DNA of 64,000 nucleotides, taken from the NCBI RefSeq assembly GCF_009914755.1, contig NC_060931.1; one strand, written 5' to 3'. Shown here piece after piece: positions 42,865-56,829 of the stretch; position 1 is the stretch's first letter, and each line of letters begins with the position of its first letter. Origin of the DNA: the human T2T-CHM13v2.0 reference genome, Homo sapiens. A model generated the notes under the pieces. That model was not told where the DNA came from. It made no database searches and saw only the letters and a program-made list of their open reading frames with translations. Position numbers and translations under genes: made by a program.

Positions 42865-43162
42865 TTTTTTGTTTTTGTTTTTGTTTTTGAGACAGAATCT
42901 TGCTCTGTCACCCAGGCTGAAGTGTGGTGGCATGATCTCAAATCACTGCAACCTCCCAGGTTAAAGCAATTCTCATGCCTCAGCCACCTGAGTAGCTGGG
43001 ATTACAGGCAAGTGCCACCACACCTGGCTAATTTTTATATTTTTAGTAGAGACAGGGTTTCACCATGTTGGCCAGGCTGGTCTTGAATTCTTGACCAAGT
43101 GATCCACCCACCTTGGCCTTCCAAAGTGCTGGGATTACAGGCATGAGCCACCATGCCTGGCC
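42865..43162 (-). mobile_element. AluS
   Basis: Antisense dimer with (TTTTTG)n tail. Confidence 0.95.
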
Positions 43163-43862
43163 AATAAAATTCTTTTAAGTTAATTTAGATATATATTTTC
43201 AGTCTTGGCCATATCTAGAAAATGCATAACATAAGAAGTAGTCCAAAAACAAGAAAATGAAAGATAAGTTTGGTTAATTACTTGTGTCTAAAATATATTA
43301 TGTATGAGTTAAAGATTTTTAAAAGCTAGTGATAAGAAATAAGTTGACAAATCAAGCTCTGAAACACATGAAAATTTCATTACAAACACCAAGTATTCCA
43401 GAAAGGTCTCAAATTATAATGGTTGACACCAATTTTCCTTATAAACAGCCACTGTTGGTAGCAGCTTGTTTTCAAGAGAGGTCAGGAAGTGGCTAGTGTT
43501 AACTTTACCCAGAAAATATAAATCACATTCCAGCATTTTCATCTCAGATACTCACAAGCTCAGAAAAATTACTGCAAAATGGTACTGTTTTCATACGAGA
43601 AAAAAGAAGCAGAATTATTAGCAAATCTATTATTTCAAGCCTAACACTTAGCTCATGGGAAAGACAGCAACTGAACAGCAGTTGAATGCTAGGAAATTCT
43701 AGAAAAGGCATATGGTGTTGTGTCAAATGCTAAAGAACTGAAGATTCCATTCTTACAGATAAATCTGAATGCCAAAAAAGCAGCCTCTTTATATTTAAGT
43801 AGATTACATGTCAAGTGTTAGGAAATGACTGAGAACTGGCTAGATGAGATCAAGAGTTTGGA

Positions 43863-44163
43863 GGCCAGGTGCAGTGGCTCATGCCTGCAATCTTAGCATT
43901 TTGGGAGCCCAAGGTAGAAAGATTGCTTCAGCCCAGGAGTTCAAGACCCACCTGGGCATTATAGTGAGATCTTGTCTCTACCAACAATTTAAAAATTAGC
44001 TGAGCATGGTGGCATGCACCTGTAGTCCCAGACACTCTGGAGGCTGAGGCAGGAGGATTGCTTGAGCCTAGGAGGCAGAGGTTTTAGTGAGCTGAGGTCA
44101 CATCACTGCACTCCAGCCTGGGTGCCAAAGTGAGACTCTGTCTCAAAAAATAGAGAAAGAAAG
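43863..44163 (+). mobile_element. AluJ
   Basis: gattgcttcagcccaggagttcaagacc...ggaggattgcttgagcctaggagg. Confidence 0.93.
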
Positions 44164-44576
44164 AATTCTGTATGGAAGAGTTTAGTGAGGGATATTTCCA
44201 GAGATCCCTTCTAATATCATGAAACTTGAAGAAATAAATCAAAATACTTCTATTTTGAGCAGTTCTATAAAGAAAACTGAAACAAGACAAGACAAGACAA
44301 AACAAAACAAAACAAACAATCAAAAAGACAGGCAGCTATGAGACCAGAAAGCTGCCCTAAAATATGGAATAACAACAAAAAAACTATCCAGCCACTAAAT
44401 ATTTCTGCAGTCTACCATTTAACCGTTAAGATTGGGATTGTAAAAAGTTCCTAGAGAAAAAGGTAGGAAGGAAACATACCAATTGTTGATAAAATCACTA
44501 GTCTAGCTTGAAAACCCTGTGCTGGAACAGCCAGGGGTTGACACAGCGTGGACACTGGCTACCAAAATTAGGGCTT

Positions 44577-44935
44577 ACAAAATTGACAAATGGGATCTAG
44601 TTAAACTAAAGAGCTTCCGCACAGCAAAAGAAACTATCATCAGAGTGAACAGGCAACCTACAGAATGGGAGAACATTTTTGCAATCTACCCATCTGACAA
44701 AGTTCTAATATCCAGAATCTGCAAGGAGCTTAAACAAATTTACAAGGAAAAAACAATCCCATCAAAAAGTGGGCAAAAGATATGAACAGACAGTTCTCAA
44801 AAGAAGACATTTATGTGGCCCACAAACATAAGAAAAAAAGCTCATCATCACTGATCATTAGAGAAATGCAAATCAAAACCACAATGAGATACCGTCTCAC
44901 ACCAGTCAGAATGGCAATTATTAAAAAGTCAGGAA
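44577..44935 (+). mobile_element. L1PA (older host copy), 5' segment of a 5'-truncated element
   Basis: Translates to L1 ORF2p C-terminal sequence [41 protein letters not shown]; continues at 46277. Confidence 0.93.
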
Positions 44936-46274
44936 TCCATACAGAACATAGGCTTGGGCAAAGACTTCATGACTAAAACACCAAAAGCAATGGCAACAAA
45001 AGCCAAAACTGACAAATGGGATCTAATTAAACTAAAGAGTTTCTGCACAGCAAAAGAAATTATCATCAGAGTGAACAGGCAACCTACAGAATGGGAGAAC
45101 ATTTTTGCAATCTATCCATCTGACAAAGGGCTAATATCCAGAATCTACAAGGAACTTAAACGAATTTATGAGAAAAAAACAAACAACCCTATCAAAAAGT
45201 GGGCAAAGGACATGAACAGACACTTCTCAAAAGAAGACATTTATGTGGCCAAGAAACCTATGAAAAAAAGCATCACTGGGCATTAGAGAAATGCAAATAA
45301 AAACCACAATGAGATACCATCTCATGCCAGTTAGAATGGCGATCATTAAAAAGTCAGGAAACAACAGATGCTGGAGAGGATATGGAGAAATAGGAACGCT
45401 TTTACACTGTTGGTGGGAGTATAAATTAGTTCAACCATTATGGAAGACAGTGTGATGATTCCTCAAGGATTTAGAACTAGAAATACCATTTGACCCAGCA
45501 ATCCTATTACTGAGTATATACCCAAAGGATTATAAATCATTCTACTATAAAGACACATGCACACTTATGTTTATTGTAGCAAGGTGCCTGCACAGGTGCA
45601 GTGGCTCACTCCTGTAATCTCAGAATTTTGGGAGCAGACGTGGGCAGATCAAGAGGTCAGGAGTTCGAGACCAGCCTGACCAACATGGTGAAACCCTGTC
45701 TCTACTAAAAAAACAAAAATTGGCTGGGTGTGGTGGTGGGTACCTGTAATCCCAGCTACTCAGGAGGCTGAGGCAGAAGAATCACTTGAACCCAGGAGTC
45801 GGAGACTGTAGTGAGCTGAGATCAAGCCACTGCACTCCAGCATGGTGACAGAGTGAGACTCTGTCTCAAAAATAAATAAATAAATAAATAAAAGAAAATG
45901 TGGCACATATACACCATGGAATACTATGGAGCCACAAAAAAGGATGAGTTCATGTCTTTTGCAGGGACATGGATAGAGCTGGAAACCATCATTCTCAGCA
46001 AACACACACAGGAACAGAAAACCAAACACCGCATGTTCTCACTCATAAGTGGGAATTGAACAATGAGAACACATGGACACAGAGAGGGGAACATCACACA
46101 CTGGGGCCTGTTGCGGGGTAGGGGGCTAGGGGAGGGATAGCATTAGGAGGAATACCTAATGTAGATGATGGGTTGATTGGTACAGCAAACCGCCATGGCA
46201 TGTGTATACCTATGCAACAAACCTGCACATTCTGCACATGTATCCCAGAACTTAAAGTATAATTAAAAAAAAAA
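44936..46274 (+). mobile_element. L1PA (younger, about L1PA7/8-like) 5'-truncated copy nested in the host L1
   Basis: ORF2p fragment [34 protein letters not shown]...[17 protein letters not shown], then 3' UTR and A tail; flanked by attaaaaagtcaggaa repeats. Confidence 0.93.
45590..45893 (+). mobile_element. AluS nested in the younger L1
   Basis: Full dimer with (TAAA)n tail; no TSD. Confidence 0.95.
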
Positions 46275-46276
46275 CC

Positions 46277-46990
46277 ATTAAAAAGTCAGGAAACAATAGA
46301 TGCTGGCGAGGCTATGGAGAAATAGGAATGCTTTTACACTGTTGGTGGGAGTGTAAATTAATTCAACCATTGTGGAAGACAATGTGGCAATTTCTCAAGG
46401 ATCTAGAACCAGAAATACCATTTGACCCTGTGATCCCATTACTGGGTATATACCCGAAGGATTATAAAGCATTCTACTATAAACATATGCACATATATGT
46501 TTATTGCAGCACTATTTGTAATAGCAAACACTTGGAACCAACTCAAATGCCCATAAATGATAGACTGAATAAAGAAAATGTAGCACATATACACTATGGA
46601 ATACTATGCAGCCACAAAAAAGAATGAGATCATGTCCTTTGCAGGGACATGGATGAAGCTGGAAGCCATCATTCTCAGCAAACTAACACAGGAACAGAAA
46701 ACCAAACACTGCATGTTCTCATAAGTGGGGGCTGAACAATGAGAACACATGGACATAGGGAAGGGAACATCACACACCAGGGTCTGTTGGGGGGTTGGGG
46801 GGAAGGGGAGGGAGAGCATTAGGAGAAATACCTAATGCATGTGGGGCTTAAAACCTAGATGACGGGTTGATAGGTGCAGCAAACCACCACGACACATGTA
46901 TACCTGTGTAACAAACCTGCACGTTTGGCACATGTATCCCAGAACTTATAGTAAAATTAAAAATTAAAAATAAATAAAAAAATAATAAAT
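46277..46990 (+). mobile_element. L1PA (older host copy, about L1PA8A-L1PA11-like), 3' segment
   Basis: ORF2p LLHCWWECKLIQPLWKTMWQFLKDLEPEIPFDP; 3' UTR with the older aatgcatgtggggcttaaaacctagatga motif; A-rich tail. Confidence 0.93.
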
Positions 46991-47299
46991 GGAAAACAAA
47001 GCAAAACAAAATCAAGAGCTCGAGTTAACAACTCAGGCTATGGACGCAGACTGAATTTCAAGCTCCAGCTCCTCCCTATGAGGCTTCTGGTGATGGATGT
47101 GATAAATCAACAACTAGTCAATAGCCAACATTTATTTATCACTTGCCATGTGCCAGGCTCTGTTCTAGGTTTATTGCATTAAATTAACAAAACAAACAAC
47201 TAGCAAGTGAGTGAATCCAGGGTTCCTTTGCAAAAAGTCTGGCTCTGGGCCCCACAGCTATACCTCTTTGCAAGATGGTCCTTGTCTAACCACTAAAAG

Positions 47300-47485
47300 A
47301 GAAGCCAGGTGACCTGTGTGACCTTGAACAAATTTCCACGCCTCTCTGTATCTTATTTTAAAATGGGGATGGAAATTAATAGTACTTATCTCATCAAGTT
47401 GCTATGAGGTTCAAGTAAAATCATGCTCACATGCTCTTAGCATCAGATCTGACACATAGTAATAATCCACAAAAAGATAATTATT
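47300..47485. mobile_element. MIR SINE
   Basis: ctgtgtgaccttgaacaaattt...cctctctgtatcttattttaaaatggggat...gacacatagtaata. Confidence 0.75.
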
Positions 47486-48686
47486 GCACTCTTCTCACTC
47501 ACCATACTGCACAGCTCTACCAGATCCATGTGTGGTCCAGATTCCTTTAGGCCTCTGCAGTTTATAATTATGACAAAGTCATATGAACTCTAATAACAAA
47601 ATCTCACAGAATTATAACTCCATCTCCTTTGCCCTCCGTCCCCTGACATGTCATTTCTTCTCTCCCACTCTTAGTTGCTTCCAGGAATCTGAGGGGCATC
47701 TCCCATGTCCTCACCAGGAGACTTCTGATGTTTTCTCCCTGGTCCTGAAGGCAATGTGTAGGGCCCACGAAGCCACCTGAGGGCAGCCCCCCAACCCTGT
47801 CCCTGCTGCCCGCACACCCTTTGATGAGAACGTGGCCCATGGTGTTGGCTCCCAGGGCTCACAAAGCTACAGACTGGTAAAAACTAAGTGGTTCCCTCTA
47901 AAAAGCTTTGCTTTTCTTTCTCCAGGCCTCGATGTGCCACTTTGATTCTTAATTGATCACATCCAGCCCTTGGTATAAAAATATGTCCTTCAGCCTCTGT
48001 CTGTAGCATCTCTCCACAGGGCTTAGGCCAAGTTCATGTCGCCGGCCTGGGGAACAGACTCCATCTGCTAGACTGGGACCTTGGCTAAGGAAGTGTTGGG
48101 TTTGCCAAAGACTGTCTCAAACCAGTTAGTTTAAAATAGGATCGCATCACACAGTTTGCCAGGGGTTTTCCTGCCCTGAGAAACACCTAGAAGACTTTGG
48201 GTGCCGTTACTGAACCTGTCCACCAGCTTGAGGATGGCTGACGGAAGAGCGTCCTGCATGCTCAATGCAAGAGCACAGGTTTCATTAACATGCTTCCCGG
48301 GACATGTGCCCTGGTTTATTCCCTACCAAAATGTTTGTTGTGGTGTAGACATGTGCTTTGTCTCAAGTTGCTGTGTTATAGAAGTAAGACTATTCCGTCT
48401 GGTTCAGACGAGTTAAGATTATTTGAAATATCCTTTCTCAAATTCCCACCCTTCCCAATTCTGTCTCTATCTATTTTCTGAGAATTTCCAATTCTCCACT
48501 TCCTTTAGCATTGTCCAGAGAGTCTGCCTTCTGTGTGTGTGGCCTGACAGTGTCCCACAGTGCTGTTAAATGGGGGCTGTGGTTTATTCACTCTGTATCA
48601 TTTCAACAGTGTTTCTTTTTTGGCAAGGAAGCATTCTTACATCCCACACTTCCGATTACAAGAGTCTCAGGCTGCATACATGTAAG

Positions 48687-48749
48687 CTTTTCTTTCCCTT
48701 CTTTCTCCCTTTCTTTCTTTTCTTTCTTTCTTTCTTTCTCTCTCTTTCT

Positions 48750-48781
<32 letters not shown>

Positions 48782-48813
48782 TTCCTTCCTTCCTTCCTTC
48801 CTTCCTTTCTTTT

Positions 48814-48853
<40 letters not shown>

Positions 48854-48897
48854 TTTCTTTCTTCCTTCCTTCCTTCCTTCCTTCCTTCCTTTCTTTT

Positions 48898-48953
<56 letters not shown>

Positions 48954-49171
48954 TTCCTTCCTTCCTTTCTTTCTTTTTTCTTTTTTCTTTCTTTTTCTTT
49001 CTTTCTTTTTCTTTCTCTATCTCTTTCTCTTTTTTCCTTCTTCTTTCTCTTTCTTTTTCTTCTTTTCTTCTTTCTCTTTCTTTTTCTTCTTTTCTTCTTT
49101 CTCTTTCTTTCTTTTTTCTTTCTCTCTCTCTCCCTTGTCTTTCCTCCCTCCCTCCCTCCCTTCTTTCCTTT
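48687..49171. repeat. 485-nt polypyrimidine compound microsatellite (TTTC/TTCC/TC)
   Basis: Only two purines (49019, 49137) in the tract. Confidence 0.98.
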
Positions 49172-50999
49172 ATACAAAATCAATAATGCCATAAAACTAA
49201 GTCAAAATATACCTTGATTAGCCCCATGTTTAGCAGCTTAAAAAGCTCTTCAGATCTCATAGTAAGTTTAAAAGACAGATTTCATAGTTTGGATTCTTTC
49301 CAATCAGGTTGTTGGCTTACATCACAGGATGTCCACTGTAGTAGGAGATGCAACTCTGCACCCCATCCAGCAAGGGTGGCAACTCCTGAGCACCCTGCCC
49401 TCACCTCACTCCTCCTGTGACCCTTATTAACAGGAGGTCCGGCGTCTACAGGATCCCCCACGCCACCCACTCCTCACTCATCTCCACTCTGTCCCTGCCG
49501 CATCTGGGGAGTGGCAGTGCTTCCTCTCAGTGTTGGGAGCTCTCCAGGCTGGACTGCCCTCCAGAAGGGATCCAGCCCACTCGGCCAGGGCCTGCTGGGT
49601 GTGTACAGAGACATAGGTTGACGGTTGACACATCAACCATGTGTCTCTCTACTCTCCTCAGTCTGAATTCCAAACCATGACACAGCTTTTCGTTCCTCAT
49701 CCACAATCACCCCCCAGGTTCAGGCCCTGCTCAGAGGGGCCAGAAATGGGGTCAGGTCTGATTCGGGAGGCTAGCCTCTCCAGAATCCCCTTGTGAGAGG
49801 GGTTACTCTTTCATCTCAGGATATCCACTGGTCACCCACTGTGGGGATGATTAGAAGCAAGGTCACCACCAGGGATTTCAAAGTACCCCAACTACCCTTG
49901 AAAGAAGGCTATCCTTGGTTAGTCCAAGGTGAGGAGGGACCAGGGGGTGGGGGGTTGCTGGTTTCTCAGCATCCTCAACATTTTTTGATAAGAGTAACTG
50001 ACACCTTCTGCATCTCGTTGAGGTGCTCTGCAAATGCGGTCGGTAGCCACGCTAGTCACTCCCGCTTCCACTCAAATTACAGCCCTAAATTCCACTTGGA
50101 TTCAGATTCTGAGGTTGTCACTCTTCCCAGGTGAATTCTTGTCCTCACCTTCCCTGTGACATTAGTGGCAATGCCCCTTATTATCAAACTCCAGAATATC
50201 AAGTTTTGGCCCCAGGAGGCTACCCCTGGATTCTAACTCATTGTATTTTGTCTCCCAAAGCATTTTCTACATTTAAAACTTTTTTTGTCTGACATGTATT
50301 AATTTCTCACTCATCAACAACATTTTGTTCTAATATGTATTATCTTTTTATAATACTTACCTTACAGTAAGATTTCCAGAATTGCCAGAAATGCAAATAT
50401 TTGTTGCATGTTTACTTGTTCTGCTGAATTCTGACCCCCATTAGGATGGCAAGCAAGTGCATTTTGTCCATTGCTGGATCTTTAATTCCTTGAATATTGT
50501 TTACAGCATAGCTTTTGTTCAATAAATATTTGTCCGATAAATTAGAAAATAAATAAATGACATTCTAATTTCACCACAGAAGAAATGGCTTTTTAATGGA
50601 AACCACATCACACAATTTAAGGGCAGTCTACTGATGGAGGCAGGAGAACATGTTTCTGTTCTGGAGAGCTGCAGATGTTGCAGCAAACACATGAAGCAGC
50701 CCTTATGTGGTTACTGGATCCAGTAAATGGTCAAGGCAGGCGGGAACTTGCCTGGCCCAAGTTTTGTTGCAGTGTATATAAAACAGAGACCAATCATAAC
50801 TTTGGATCCATAATTAGGCTTTTGATTTAATCTCTCTATATTTCATTTCCTTTCTAAGGAAAATAAAAAGTAATAATGTCAATTCTCCAAGTAAATTTAT
50901 TTTTGATGTTGTTGGAAAGGAAAAAAGGAAATGAAGAACAAATTTGTAGAGGAAATGTCAATGGATTTCCAGATGGGGAGGTTTGGAAATCACTTTGCT

Positions 51000-51450
51000 T
51001 GCATTCTACCAGCCTCCATGCTGTTCCCCTAGCATGCCAAGCACAGTCCCTCACCTCAGAGCCTTTGCACATGCTGGTTTTTTGGCCTGGAAAGCTCTTG
51101 CCCAGGATTTCTGTCTGACTTTCTTATTTTTCTTTCTTCATTTTGTGGTCCTTGCCTGACTCCTCTGTGAAAAACAGATGATTCCTCCTTGACCTTGACT
51201 TTCCCCAACCAGAATATCTATCCCTGTTCCCATTCTTTATATTTCTTTATGACTTTTTTGCCAGCTATTTATTTCTTTGTTTTAGTTTTTTTGTTGTTGT
51301 CGTTGTTGTTGTGCTTTTGTTTTATCTCCTGCCATTAGAATATAATTTCCATGAGAGTAAGAACTTTATCTGTTTTACTGATAAAGTTTTACTTTCTAAA
51401 ACAGTGCTTGATGCATAGAAGGTGCTCAATAAACATGAAAGTAGTGAAAA
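51000..51450 (+). mobile_element. L2 3' region
   Basis: cctcacctcagagcctttgcacatgctg...attagaatataatttccatgagag...gcatagaaggtgctcaataaa. Confidence 0.8.
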
Positions 51451-51522
51451 ATTGGATGAGACTGAAGTGAGTAGAGCTTTCCTGCATAGACTAGTTGAGC
51501 TCAAATGCTGGCAAAGGTCATC

Positions 51523-51743
51523 CAGTGGAGTCTGGAACTGGCTCATAGCAGTTCAGGAGAACTGATTGTGCCCATTTCTTTCCAACTCTGCATTCACTGA
51601 TATTATATTGGCAATTTAAAATTGGCCACAGTGGGAATATTTACACCGGAGAAATGGGCCAATGCATCACATCAGGCCTTTTCTTTCTTTCTTTTATTTT
51701 TCCTGGAGAGTCAGCTGTTAAACATTTTTCTGGCATACCATTG
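51523..51743. mobile_element. MER63A-like hAT-Blackjack MITE
   Basis: Ends cagtgg...ccattg; body aaattggccacagtgggaatatttacacc...ggagagtcagctgttaaacattt. Confidence 0.8.
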
Positions 51744-52989
51744 GCCTTAACCAGATATCTGCCTAGAAAATTATTAGGTCTGTATACATAAACAATGTTT
51801 ACATCAAATAATTGGAAGTTTCGTACTGAAATGTGCTTATTAGACATGTTAGTAATTCAATCCGCCCAAGGGGAAGAGGAGTTTTAAAGGACTCAGGATG
51901 GAAGTCAAGCTTGATGAAATCAGTGACAAGCAGGAAATTCGGATCTAAGGAAAGCCAAATTTAAATAATTTTGAAGAATAGTAAAATGGATTCCAAGTGT
52001 AGAAAATCATTGATTACAGTTATGAGAAACTGCATGTTGTGTAAGACTGTTATTCTAAGTAAAGAATTTAAATGATTTCCAAGTATACAAGGAAGACACC
52101 AGAGTGTCTTGGGCTCGGAAGTCCAGCTTATCCCTGCAGTCTCCACCCAGGGCCTAGATACAGCGTATTTTATGAATGAGAAAACAGATTGGGAGGTGTA
52201 AGTACAAATCACATTTGTTCTTTTCACTTGCAAGCTAAAAACCCTCAGCACTTCTTTCAGTGTGACAGGAAAACATCCAGCTCTTTAAAAGCTGGAATCA
52301 CAGGAAGCCTCTCACATTCTCTCCCTAACCAAATTTTTACCATCTCCTTTGCTCACTGACCTCACACACTTTTATATTCTAATCAGGCAAAGACACCACT
52401 GCTCTCTGAACATGGCTCGTTCTAAGGGGCGTGGCTTTGGGGTGGACTCAATGCAGATTCTGGGGCTGCTTCTTAGTTCTGGGGCTCCATGGGGTCTGGG
52501 AACCATCTCATTCTTGTCAGTACCAGGGGGCTTGTATCGTGGCATCTGTTAATATGGCTACGAATATGCTTTGCAGTTCCTCTGCCTGGAATACAATTTT
52601 GGTTTTCAACTAACAAACGCTTTCTCATTTTTCAAGATTCATACCAGATATGGCCTCTACTTAGAATTCTCTGATTTTCAGTAATTTGAAAATCAAAGAG
52701 CAGTAGAAATTCCCATTCTCAAAACATTTACAATATATTTGTAAATGCCAAAAAAGAAAAGAAGAAAATTTCAGGATGCAAAAAAAAATGCACTTACAGT
52801 ATATGGGGTCCACAAAGCACATCACAACTACTGCCCTTCTACAGAGACATAGATGTTCGTAGTGTAGAAATCTCCTTTGCTTTGTACCTGTTTTGCTGCC
52901 TGCTGATAGTCTCACTAATCTTTAAATGCATGATAGGAGCAGATGCTTCTATTTTTTTCAGTGAAATCAGTCCATGAACATGAATTGGA

Positions 52990-53870
<881 letters not shown>

Positions 53871-55489
53871 TCAATTCCTCAGTAGAATGGATTTAAGAAC
53901 AGGCAACTGAGCTGCTCTATTTGAGGCTAAATATAAAATCCCTTAGATTTTTAGCATTTGTGTGTACGTGTGTTTTTTTTTTAAAGTCTATCTGTGTGTG
54001 TGTTTGTAGTGATCTCTGATCCATAATTTCTGTGCAACTGCAGTTGTTTTCCATTCAGCATCTGGTGGTATCTCTAGCTCTTTAGATAGAATGGAGTTGG
54101 CCAAGGTTATCACTGGGGACTCTGTTGAGTCTATGCCCTCTTGACGCAGGCCATGCCTCTGAGAGATTCCCTTGCAAGGAACAGGTGTCCAGGGTGCTTG
54201 GAAGGCTTCTGGGCATCACGAGGTCACTGCAGAGAGCAGAGCCTCTTCATGAGTCAACAAAGGGTGTAGTGGAGGCAGTCTGGCTCTCCCCACCATACCA
54301 AGCATATTTAGTCTGGGAGGATGTGGACGGTGGGCACAGACACAGGAGGGTCCTTTGCATTCCTCTAAGCAAACTCATTTATCAGGCCGGGGGCTGATGA
54401 AGCATAAATGGCAAGGGTGTCAGGGGGCCAGGTGGCACGGTGCATGCTGCCCTGCACCTCCAAGGAATGAGGGTCAAGTGTCAGCCCTGGACACTCTCCA
54501 AGTGCCTTCTCAGGTGGATTGAGAGGCCTTCTTGTTTGGGAACAGAGATCTTTTGTTAACATACACAGAGAGGAAGCCACTCATTCCACAGAAAGCCTGC
54601 TAAGGCAGGGCCTGTCCTACATAAAAATGTTTCGGATGTATAGATACAGAGCTAAAGATAGAGATAAAGTGGCACATATATAGATATGGGCAACAGCATA
54701 CATAGTCTGTGCAGTAGTACATGTTCAGATATGCCGAGATTCTCCTTGAGGGCCATATAGTGAGGGAGGCCATGGCACTCTGTAATTGAAGAACAACATA
54801 ATGGAGTATGCAATTCATGAATGCAGTTTAAAGTCTCTGGGGATTTTTTTTAATTTAAAAAAAAATGTTCAAAAGTGCTTTTCCTCACAGAATAAAAAGG
54901 GCCATGCCTGCCTTTATACCTGTCTCTATGAACAGAGTGCAAGAAATGTGTATGTAAAAGATGTGATCATAAAGTAAATAGGCTTTATTTAAAAACATGT
55001 GCTTTATGAACTCAAAATATTAGCTGGAGTCTTTTTCTAGGGGAAAAAATATCTATGTGTTGTTGCAGGGATTCTGCCCTTAATTAAGAAAGTCAGCATA
55101 AATAAGAAGGTTTTTATTTAAGAACACAGTCTCCCTTCACATCTAAACTTATTTAAACTAAGACCTTTGGCATTTTTTGTAAAAGCAGAATGAGTTTCAA
55201 GGCTGAAGGAGAGGGGTGTCAGCAGCATCTCGTTATCAAAATTGAGGTGGGATGAGGTTGCTGCTTCATTGTAGATTTATACAACACTCTTAACGGAACT
55301 AAAGATTGGAAAGCAGCTCCTGCAAAATCACATATGTTATAAATTCTTTTTATTCATATATTCCTTTTTTCTTTATTGAGGTATAATTTGCATACAGTAA
55401 AATGCACATATCTTAAAGTGTACAGTTTTATGTATTTATATGTATATTTTGACATAGGACCTTACTTCATACTTTGCTGCAACGTGCTT

Positions 55490-55695
55490 TTTCTTTCTTT
55501 TTAATAGGCTTTATTTTTAAGAGCAGTTTTAGGTTCACAGCAAAATTGAGCAGAAGGCACAGGGATTTCCCATACACACCCTGCTCCCCCACAGGCATAG
55601 CCTTCCCAACTCTCAACATTCCCCAGCAGAGTGGTGCATTTGTTACAACCAATGAAGCTATGTTGACACATCATGATCACCCAGAATCCATAGTG
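55490..55695 (-). mobile_element. L1MC1-like 3' end
   Basis: ttttaagagcagttttaggttcacagcaaaattgagcagaagg...cagagtggtgcatttgttacaacc. Confidence 0.8.
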
Positions 55696-56129
55696 AATTT
55701 TGTAAGTGTACTCATATTGCATGTCATTTATTCAGTCTGGGTTGCTGTGCTGAACATAAATTGCACAGAGGTATGCTTGTGTAATTTTTTTCAATAGATT
55801 AAGTAGAAGCTAGAAACAGAAATAGAATTGACAACCCCAAGGAGTGGGGCATTGGAAATATTGTTTAAAGCCTCAAATTATAAAGCCTTTATTTGTTTGT
55901 TTTATTTTTTATCTGTGCCAAAAGCACAAAGTATTGTTCTGGATTTTTGTGAAGACCCTTTTTTTTTTTTTTTTTTTTTTCACTGAGAACCTAAGTGAGG
56001 AAATTTTCTCTCTACATCATACCAAGGAGAGAGCTTAGCACCATTTGGATTGGTTCCAAGGACCCCAGGTAGGAGAAATAATCATTTAGATGTAAGGAAG
56101 TTGACAGAATCTCAGGTCTACAGGGTCCC

Positions 56130-56730
56130 CTGCCACTGTCTCCCTGCTATCACATTTTCCTAATTGCCCTCTTAATCCCACTTTCACCCCATGGCCCTCT
56201 TCCCTGTCACTTAGTGTTATCTTCTCAAAAAACAAATTCATCATGTAATTCCTCTGCTTGCCAATGGGAGGAAATCTAATTGACCTTTTAGGTTGAAATC
56301 TGAATTACCTGATCACCAGGTCTCTCATCTTCGGTCATTCCCCTACTATCCCTTATATTTCTGTGTTGCTGAATTTCACCATTGCTCAGTGATGCCAGGC
56401 CAGGACTTTCCATGAACAGATATGCCTTGGTACATTTTTTTTTTCCCTCCAGCACCAACGTCTCTGGAAAACTCTTCTTCCTGCTCATGGAAGCCTTACT
56501 CAATCACCTAGGCAGAGGGAATTTGCCGCCCTCTTTCCAACCTCAGCATCACTTGCCTTTGACTGTAATAGAACACATTTTTACTTATTTTTTGTGCATA
56601 TTCCAATCTCTTCACTAGGCTACAAGTTTTCAATGGCAGGCATCACTTTTTTCCTCATTTTTTTGTAACTCCATTATCTAGATTTCAGTGCATAACAGAA
56701 GTTCAATACCTGTGTTAAATAAATGGCTAC
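56130..56730 (+). mobile_element. L2 fragments
   Basis: caaattcatcatgtaattcctctgctt...cactaggctacaagttttcaatggcagg...aagttcaatacctgtgttaaataaatg. Confidence 0.6.
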
Positions 56731-56829
56731 TCTGCAGCATGAAAGACACTGGAGTCTGTTAATTAAGTGTTTAAAAGCACTAGATGTAGATTATGGTGAT
56801 TGTGTTAACAAAAATGAAATAACATTTTT

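Noticed and set aside
44519-46627. ORFs matching L1 ORF2p C-terminus as a functional gene
   Set aside because: 5'-truncated, frameshifted fragments with no promoter, ORF1, endonuclease or RT domain; retrotransposition-dead.
46110-46815. G-quadruplex motifs at about 46115-46136 and 46788-46812
   Set aside because: Known G-rich tract of L1PA 3' UTRs; explained by the repeat annotation.
48511-49217. Longest ORFs in the track (227, 215 and 178 aa; F/S/L-rich or K/R/E-rich)
   Set aside because: Translations of the polypyrimidine microsatellite, which cannot contain stop codons.
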